64,000 nucleotides of DNA from NCBI GenBank assembly GCA_918797485.1, contig CAKKNE010000001.1, positions 496,001-560,000 on the forward strand, read 5' to 3'. Below the pieces are notes generated by a model that did no database searches, was not told the DNA's origin, and was given only the letters and a program-made list of their open reading frames with translations. This document shows, one piece after another, positions 55,643 through 64,000 of the stretch. Source of the stretch: Pelagomonas calceolata. Lineage: Eukaryota. A program made the position numbers and the translations under genes. Each line of letters begins with the position of its first letter. Position 1 is the first letter of the stretch.

Positions 55643-56257
55643 ATGGCGCTCGCCGGCCGCGGCTTCCTGGCCTGGTACAACGCGCGCCTCACGAGCCACC
55701 CCTACAGCGTCAAAGCGTTCGGGACCGGCGCGACCTACGTCGCCAGCGACTGCACGGCGCAGGCCATCGAAGGCGAGAAAGACAAAACTGTGCAGGACCG
55801 CGCCGCGCGCGCGCTGAAGTTCGGCGCCGTCGGCTGCTTCTGGGTCGGGCCACTGCTCACGTACTGGTTCAACGTCATGGAGCGCTTCCTGCCCGGGCGG
55901 GCGCCGGCGCGCGTCGCCGCGAAGCTCGTGATCGACCAGGTGCTCCAAGGGCCCTTCATGATCGGGTCGATGTTCGCGCTTTGTGCGGCCGCGAACGGCG
56001 CGTCCGTGGACGCGATCCAGAACAAGCTCGAGGCAGAACTCTGGCCGACCTGGGTCAACTCCGTGATTGTGTGGGGGCCGGTACAAATAGGACAGCAGAC
56101 GCTCGTGCCCCTCAAATACAGGGTGGCGGTGGCGAACGGCGTGTCCTACGTCTGGGATACGTACCTGTCCCTGAAGATGATGCCGCCGCCGGCCGAGGCG
56201 GGCACGGACAAGGCTGCAAAGCCATCGGCGCTCGTGCGGCGGCGGACGATTGTTTAA
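55643..56257 (+). CDS. Mpv17/PMP22 family membrane protein
   Basis: WYNARLTSHP, SDCTAQ, KLVIDQ, VWGPVQ, VPLKYRV, WDTYLS. Confidence 0.92.
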   Translation: MALAGRGFLAWYNARLTSHPYSVKAFGTGATYVASDCTAQAIEGEKDKTVQDRAARALKFGAVGCFWVGPLLTYWFNVMERFLPGRAPARVAAKLVIDQVLQGPFMIGSMFALCAAANGASVDAIQNKLEAELWPTWVNSVIVWGPVQIGQQTLVPLKYRVAVANGVSYVWDTYLSLKMMPPPAEAGTDKAAKPSALVRRRTIV

Positions 56258-56270
56258 TTTATATGTTGTG

Positions 56271-57807
56271 TCACATTATCTCGTAGTTCGCGCGGGCGCG
56301 GGCCCGGGCCGCGGCCGCGGCGAGCTCGTCGACGGCGCCGGGGTCCGCGCCGACGCTTCGAAGCAAGTCGGCTTTGGCGCTGCCCGTCGTCCGCCACCGC
56401 GGCGAGTTCGCCGCCGCGAGCGGCTTTGTCGCCGTCGTCCGCGCCGCGAGGACCTGTGTGGAATCAAATGTCGGGCGCCCCACGCCATCGACGCAACCTA
56501 ACTCACTGGTTGATTTCCACACAGGCGAGGACCTCGGCCTGGACGAGGACCGCGGCCTCCATGAGGCGCACGCGCTCGCGCAGCTCGACGGACGCGCCGG
56601 CGAGGTCCTCGGGCAGCAAGGGCGGCAGGGCCCGGAGCCACGCGTGGTAGTCGTGGAGCCAGGCTTCTCGGGTTTCCGCGTCGGCGGCGGTGTCCCACTC
56701 GTCCACTAAAACCCGGCGCCGCTCGCAGAGTACCTTCGCGTCGGCGACCTCCGACGCGTCCTTAGACGCGTCGGCGGCCGCAGACCCGCGACGAAGCCGC
56801 GCGATCTCCGCGCGCGCGCTTTGCAGAGCCGCCTCGAGCTCGCGCACGCGCCGCGGATTATTTCCAGAGGTAATCTCGGGCGCGACCTCACACGCGAAGG
56901 TCCGCACGCGCATGGCCCGCCGCGCGAAGTGTAAGGTAGATATGGTCTCGTCGGCGCACAATGATGAAGGTGAGAGCGTCGCCACGAAGGCGCAGCGCCC
57001 TCCACAAAAGGCGTCCCTTAATAAACGTGTGAGCTTCGACGCGCGATACGGCACGTGGGGCCGCCCGTCCTTCAAGGCACTTACGACGTTCGCCAGTGCT
57101 GAGAGTGATTGGTTGATGCTCGTGAGTTCCTTGATCCGATGCTTCGAGTAGTCCCGGAGCTCTTCGGTCCGCCACTTTTCAGAACCAGCTAGATCGGCCA
57201 GTCGCAAGGTCGCGCCATTCACCTCCACGGAGAAGATCGTGTGGCTCCTACTACTTCTTTCATTCAAGTCCGTCGACGCAATCGCGCGTCGCTCCGCGCC
57301 CAACCGCAACACGTCGAGGACCTCATCTAATGAAGACACATCGACGACTTCGGCACCGACAACCCCACAGTCGTCCCTGATATCCAACGACGTTCGGTCC
57401 GACAGCAAATCCGCGACGCGTTCGTTGTGGATCTCGACGTACGAGACACGAGCGCCGTCGACGCGCTCGAACAGCGCGCCCATACAACGCGGAATGAGGC
57501 CGTCCATGGCGCCGAGCATCGTATGTGTTTTGCCGGTGCCGGTCTGACCGTAGGACAGGCAGCACGCCGACGCGCCATTCATGACCGCATCGACGAGCGG
57601 CAGGGCGCATGCCGTAAAGACCTGGGCTTGCGTCGTCGCTTCGCCGAAGACGCGCCCGAAGCGGAAGCGCCGCTCCCGTAGCGTCCCGTCCGTCTCCACC
57701 TGAACCGCCACTACGCCGTCGGTGGTCTGGACGACGCGCGGCGCTTCTTCATGGAGCTCGCGCTGTAGAAGGGGCCGCACGCGGGCGTAGACGTCGATTG
57801 ACCCCAT
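56271..57807 (-). CDS. Kinesin motor protein; intron 56454-56532
   Basis: VYARVRP, YGQTGTGKTHT, NERSSRSH, DLAGSE, HVPYRASKLTRLL; splicing continues QAE-VLAARTT. Confidence 0.92.
56454..56524 (+). mobile_element. Introner-type TIR element, copy 7 (antisense to host gene)
   Basis: CTGTGTGGAATC...GATTTCCACACAG with perfect TSD GCGAGGAC (56446-56453 and 56525-56532). Confidence 0.93.
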
Positions 57808-58066
57808 TTTGGTAGAAAGGGCAGCGTTTTTGTGTTGTTTTGGGCTGCCCTCGGCGCGTTTCCTTGATTGTTTGCGATTTTGGTCGGGGCCGGGGCGCCG
57901 CTTTTCGGCGAGATCAGGCGTCTACTGCCCACGGTCTTTCATACTTACCTGGCCGGCATCTGACTGTGATCACTGAGGCAGTTGGAGATTTGGGGAGTGC
58001 TCCATTGCACTGGGCTCGACCCTGTGGATGTATGAACCAAATTATGTGTTGCTCTGTAGCACATGA

Positions 58067-58546
<480 letters not shown>

Positions 58547-58564
58547 TAGTTCTTCGAATTGGGA

Positions 58565-61500
58565 CTAGATCTTCCCCACCGGCTGCGCGACCGGGATGTC
58601 CAGCGGCGGCGCGGACGCGTTATGCTGCTTCTTCCGCCGCGAGAAGAAGTGCGGCACGGGAATGGCCTCGAGCGGCGGCGCGGAGGGCTCCTGCAAGCCG
58701 GGCGTCTTGTTCGATCGCCGGGCGTAGGTCACGACGATGCCGCAGGCGGCGACCAGGCAGCAGAAGCCGACGCAGACGCAGACGCTGATGATGACGACCA
58801 TTTGCGTGGCCTTCTTGTTCTTTTTTGACGACAGCCAGGCGGTGGGCAGCGGCGTCGGCGCCGGCGAGTCCCACGCGGGCGCGCCGACGGCCGTGGTTTC
58901 CGCGGCCCCGAGGTCGACGCCCGCGTCGCTCGCGGCTTTGTCGAGGGCGACATCGACGTCGTCGGTCGAAATGCCCTCGATCGCGGCCGCGATGGCCGCC
59001 GCTTCGTCCGCAGTTTCGACGCTCACTTCGTAGGTCACGATGACGCCGTCGGTTTGTAACCGCCGCACGCCGCGCGACGGCGCATCGCCATCGCTGACGG
59101 CGCACGCCACGCTGACAGCGGCCGCGTCCACGCTGCACAGGTCGGCGATGGCAGCGACGAAGACGTCGACGTTGGAATCGACGTATTCACACGTGATCCC
59201 CTCGAAGTAGAGCTCGCCGCTCACAACGAATAAGGCGGCGGGTGCTTGCGTCTGCACCACGCGTACCGGCCGCGGCGTCGGGGCCCACGAGATGACGGGG
59301 GCCGCCGTCGTCGTCGGCTTGGGCGTCGGCATGGGAGTGGTGGGCATAGCTGTAGGGGATGAAGTAGGAGCGAACTCCGGCGGAGTATAAGGAAACACGC
59401 CTCCACCAAACTTTCCACCCGTGACGCAGTCGTGGCAGCCCGGCACCCAGAGCTCGTCGTCTACACTATATGCGCCGGCGTAATCATCAAAATCGGTCCA
59501 CGACGGTTTCTGGTCGACGTAGTTATAGGTGCCCCCGTCTCCAGCACAGTCGCTACAGCTCCAGACCAGTTTCCCGTCGGCCTTCGGTCGGAAGTCCATG
59601 GCCTCGGCCGTCGGCGTCCCGATCTCGTGCGGCTCGAACAACCCGAGCAGGTCGTCGCCGTCAATAACCCCAGCCTCATTAAACGAATCTTCCCCTTCCC
59701 CGACGCCCGACGTGTCGACGGCGGGCCAGGCGCCGTTTATCAATTCCTCCTGGACGCCGTCGGTCAAGGGGAGGAGCTGCCTCGTTAATTCTGGTGGTGC
59801 AGTATGATTGCGCGGGTTGCAAACTACTAGATCTCCGCAGAGATTGAGAGAAGCGTAGCCCGGGATGGCATCAAACTCCAGCGTAGAACCGCGACTCTTC
59901 ACCTCGGAGTGCGCGTTGTACCTCGCCACGGTATACAAGTTGTGGTCGTCGATGGAGGCCCAACTTTCAACTTGTAAAAATCTACTACCGGTATTGTGCT
60001 CGATGGTGTGGTTGTAGCCCTTCGTCGTCATGCCCAGGCCCATGTGCACGTTGTGTTTGATTGTGGTATACCTACCTGCTTCGTCAGGTTGGGTCGACTG
60101 CGCGGTATCTAACCTCGCGAAGCTCACGAGGGAAGGACCGAGGACCCAGTTGTACTCAATCACCAAGCCTTCTTGGGCGCCCGTCAACGCGTGGAAGACC
60201 GCGGCGTCGAACTGGGGACCTAAGAAGTCCTGTCCTATTACGAGATTGTGGTGGTGGATATTCCCGCGCGCCCACGAGTAGTGCCCTGCTTTATCGCCAT
60301 TATAGAGCAACCTGTGTGGAAATCAACCAGTGCGTCGGGTGCACCCGACAATTCTTCACTAAGTCATTTCTCGATGATGACGCGGCCGTCCTGGCTCGGT
60401 CGAGCGGCGAGGAACCGGCATCGCCACGCCATCGAGCAGGCGCCGCTTCGACGGCGTAAAACTTTGACTTCCACACAGATAGCAACGTGTTGTGCGCCAC
60501 CACCGACCGCTGGGCCATGTTATTCAACGTGTAGGCCGTCCGCTGCTCGAACGAATTGAACGCGAAATAATTCCCGAGAATGCGAGCACCGGTGCCCTTG
60601 TAGTACAACGCACCTTCGCCAAACTCCGCCGTGTTGTTCTCGAATTTCACGTAGGGCGTACCGCCGCGTTTCGTCTGCTTCGTGGACTTTAATCTAATCC
60701 CGTCGACCGGAGCGTACAGAAACCTTGACCGGGTAAGCCTCAGATCCGTCGACTGTAAGGAGTTGTACGCCGGGCCGGCGCCGCAGCACGACGTCCCGTA
60801 AAAATACAAGTCGCGCACATGGATGCGGTGGCAGCCATCATCAATAGACAACACATCCCTCCTCGTCGCGTTCTTGACGCGGATCGGGTATGTCGATGGG
60901 GCTTTACTGGTGTCGACGTGGACCTCGCCCTTTCGTTCGTCGACCCAGAACCAGGGCACGTTCCGATCCTCATCAAGGGTCTCGCCCCGTTCATAGACGG
61001 CGACGGCGTCGTCCAGCGCGAAGGCCGCATCACCTAACACCCAGGCGTCATCAGGCGACCAGGCGAAGCATGGAGCGCGCGCCGTCCCATAGCCGGCCTT
61101 GGGGTCGTGATTCCCATCAACAATACTACTTTCGTTGGCGCACATGATGTTGTGGCCCGCGACCAGTACTTCTGGGCGGCGCGTGAAGGGTATTGCGGCG
61201 GTGACCACATCCTCGAAAGTATGGTGCCGCGCCCACCGGACGTCCCAGAAGGCGTCCGTTCCATCAAAAATAACTTTATTGTGATCGTAGGGTCTGACCA
61301 AAAGATGGTCCGCGCTGTCCAACGGCGTACTGGGTTCGTCGTTGTAGATGCCGCCTTTGAGAGCGCACACGAGCTGTGGGAGTTGCTCGTCTGGTGAATT
61401 CTTGTTGGAACTCCATTTGAACCCGAACCGTTGTATGCACTCCCTCAGCGTTCTTAGCGGAAAGGCCTCCGTGCCGTTGTTCGCGTCGTCGCCTTCATTC

Positions 61501-61715
61501 GCATCGATTATTTTGGTGACCGTGTCCATGCAGGATGTTGTTGTTGATGGTTTTGTGGCGGTGCACTCGGCGTCTGCTACTACTAAGTCGTCATCCACGC
61601 ATAGGACTTCCAATTCTCGTACTCCATCAATACAGTCCGCGTCGTCGGCCCAGCGCGTGAGCCAGCTCGCGGCGTTGACAGTGGTGAGTGTGAGGAGGAG
61701 GTGTAGTAGGCGCAT
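58565..61715 (-). CDS. Large type-I membrane protein with a predicted beta-helix (pectin-lyase-like) ectodomain; intron 60312-60486
   Basis: Signal peptide, GDDANNGT..FPLRTL, Asn-rich repeats, DFRP, PT-rich stalk, C-terminal TM; splicing gives HNT-LLYNGDK. Confidence 0.75.
60312..60478 (-). mobile_element. Introner-type TIR element, copy 8 (longest, 167 bp)
   Basis: Minus strand CTGTGTGGAAGTC...GATTTCCACACAG; TSD AGAGCAAC (60304-60311) and ATAGCAAC (60479-60486), 7/8. Confidence 0.9.
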
Positions 61716-62438
61716 CTCCAAAAAGGCTGCCCCGATGTTATCTCTGGAGCTTGTGAGCTTGTTGCTTGGAGCGGCAGCCGAGGCCGGGTGCGCAGCGTCG
61801 CCCCAGGCCTACGGCCGCATCAGAGACCGAGCGAGCGCCTCTCAGTCTGGCTCGGCGCTCATAAAAGGTGGAGACCCCGCACGCACTAAGTGCATGCGCG
61901 GTTTCGGTTTTTTCTCGCCGCGGCCGACCACGAGGGGCTCGGACGGGCGGAAAAGAGGTCTAGGAAGCAGCTGGGGGGCCAAAACTTTGCGGACTTTTAT
62001 TGCTCGCGAGGCGCAATTGTTGCTTAATTCAGCCGGGGGCGCCCCTTTTTCGGCTGGAAAAGCCGCCAGCGCACGCCCCCAGGGACCCTCCAAGCCGCCA
62101 GCGCGCGTCCCCAGGGCCAGCGACGCCGTAACGGGCCGATTCGTGGCTCTTGCTTGTGGAGCTCTCCCAGTGAAGCTAGCCGGCCGCGCGGCCAAAGCGA
62201 GCTACACCGCGCGTCGAGCAGCAGCTCGAGGCTTCAGGAAGCCCCCCAGCGGCCCAGCTCGGGCGCAGGGTGCCTCCCTAAAGCCCAGAAACCCGGCTTC
62301 CGCGAGCGCTAGAATCGGCGGCACCCTCCCAGAGGGAAGCCCCGCCGGAGCGCCGCAGCGCCCATCGAAGCGAGCGAATCCGGCGGCACCCTCGAAGAGG
62401 GCAGCTCCGCCGGCGCTCCGCCGTTAACCACGGCGACC

Positions 62439-63788
62439 ATGAAGACATTACGGTCGAGCTCCCCGGTCGCCACCCGGGCCCGGGAGGGCAAGCCCCCGGC
62501 CATCTTGAAAACAACCACCAAAAGCGTGACGCGGCGCACGGTGACGCCGTCCGCGCCTCTAGCGCAGAAGTCGAGCATCGAAGTCGGCTGGACGGGAGTC
62601 GTCCAACGGAAGGATTCATCATTGCAGATCGCCGAGGTCGTGGAGTTGGACGCGTCGAAGCGGCGAGTGTATGTCCACTACGTCGCCCACGACCGAAGGA
62701 ACGACGAGTGGGTGTCATTGGATAGTCTGCGGCAGCCGTGCGCGACGCCGCCTGGTGCGGCCCATAAGGTGAGGACGCCGACGTCGCCGCGGCAGCAGCC
62801 TCGGTCGAGGAAGCGCCAGCGCAAGGCGGACCCGAGGCGAACACCGAGAGGCGGCGGGTTGCACTCGTCGCGAGTGGACCCGTCCGTAGCACATCTACTC
62901 GAAGAGGCGCGCCACAAAAAGACGGCCGTGAAGAACATCGAGGCCGTCATCTTCAGCCAGTGGCGCTTAGAACCGTGGTACTGGGCGCCCTTCCCGGAGC
63001 AGTACCACCACCAGGCCCTCTACTTTTGCGACTGGACGCTGCGGTATACTACTTCGCAGATTCTGGCGGTGGAACATCGGACGCAGTACAAGGCGTCCAG
63101 GGCGCCTCGTAGACCTCCAGGCGTACGTTGTTATGGCCCGGACGACGACGACATCTGTCTCTGGGAGGTCGACGGCGAATCGGAGCCTAGGTACTGCCAG
63201 AACCTCTGTTTGCTCGCCAAGCTGTTCTTAGATCACAAGACGCTGTCGTTTGATGCGGAACCGTTTAGATTCTACTGCCTCACCAAAAAGAGTGTGGGTG
63301 ACGACGGCGTCGAGGAGCACGCGCTCATGGGCTACTTTTCCAAGGAGAAGGTCTCGGCCTTGAATTATAATTTGGCCTGTATTCTGACGCTGCCGCAGTT
63401 CCAGAGGCAGGGCGTCGGGACGCTGATGATTAGCTTGTCGTATGCTCTATCGGTACGGGAGCAGAAGGTTGGTTCTCCAGAAAAGCCTCTGTCTGATTTA
63501 GGGAAGTTGAGTTACAGAGCCTACTGGTCCTATATCAGTCTGAAGCTCCTGGAGGACTATGATGGCGACCTGACGCTAAAAGAGTTGGCTCGGACCAAAG
63601 GTCTTTGTTCGGAAGACGTCATCTCGACGCTGGAACATTTAGGGCTGCTGCGCGAGTGGCGCGGCCAGCTCGTGGTCCGCGCGGACCGGAAGGACATCGC
63701 TGCTAAATTAGCCGCGATCAAGCGGCCGCCGCGGCTCTGCGACGAGCGGTTCATGTGCTGGACGCCGCCCGCCGACGACTCGGACTAG
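62439..63788 (+). CDS. MYST-family histone acetyltransferase (Esa1/Tip60/MOF-like) with chromo-barrel domain
   Basis: YVHY...RRNDEWV, YCQNLCLLAKLFLDHKTL, GYFSKEK, NLACILTLPQFQRQG, GSPEKPLSDLG. Confidence 0.95.
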   Translation: MKTLRSSSPVATRAREGKPPAILKTTTKSVTRRTVTPSAPLAQKSSIEVGWTGVVQRKDSSLQIAEVVELDASKRRVYVHYVAHDRRNDEWVSLDSLRQPCATPPGAAHKVRTPTSPRQQPRSRKRQRKADPRRTPRGGGLHSSRVDPSVAHLLEEARHKKTAVKNIEAVIFSQWRLEPWYWAPFPEQYHHQALYFCDWTLRYTTSQILAVEHRTQYKASRAPRRPPGVRCYGPDDDDICLWEVDGESEPRYCQNLCLLAKLFLDHKTLSFDAEPFRFYCLTKKSVGDDGVEEHALMGYFSKEKVSALNYNLACILTLPQFQRQGVGTLMISLSYALSVREQKVGSPEKPLSDLGKLSYRAYWSYISLKLLEDYDGDLTLKELARTKGLCSEDVISTLEHLGLLREWRGQLVVRADRKDIAAKLAAIKRPPRLCDERFMCWTPPADDSD

Positions 63789-64000
63789 GGTCTTTGGTGG
63801 ATGCCCGAGGCGTTCGCACGACACTTTAATTACTTACTTGACAATGGCTTGTTTTTGGGGGTCTCCGCGTTTCGGCTTGCTCGCGTCGATGGCGTCTCGG
63901 GGCGTGCCTAGGAGTGGGTCTGGATATCTGTCACGAGCCCTGGCCGTGCTGATTCGCGTGCTGGCGCCGCGGGGTCGCCGCAGATCTCCGCAGAGCCGAA

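Overview
Gene-dense, GC-rich eukaryotic nuclear DNA with about 40 compact genes on both strands and few introns. Bipartite plastid presequences and the intron style suggest a pelagophyte-like stramenopile alga (inference). Recognisable genes include two aspartate aminotransferases, an amino-acid transporter, an ATAD5/RFC-like ATPase, SIRT4, RPN3, HscB, MIF, ALB3, FolC/FPGS, a SUN protein, a pyrophosphorylase-glucuronokinase fusion, an ankyrin-U-box protein, a proteasome beta subunit, serine carboxypeptidase, Mpv17, kinesin and a MYST acetyltransferase. The main non-genic signal is a family of at least 8 short intron-forming DNA transposons (introners). Each has the terminal inverted repeat CTGTGTGGAAATC...GATTTCCACACAG and an 8-bp target-site duplication (TSD). 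The donor comes from the TSD, the acceptor from the TIR, and copies occur in both orientations. Other highlights: a pentameric ligand-gated ion channel fused to an apyrase/Ppx-like domain, a recurring intergenic CTAG...CTAG motif (about 12 copies), a dispersed 15-mer concentrated in introns, a signal-peptide-bearing proteasome subunit, a catalytically altered UNG, an 18-bp minisatellite, and an unexplained 1.3-kb low-GC block. All exon junctions were inferred by hand from reading-frame restoration, without transcript data.
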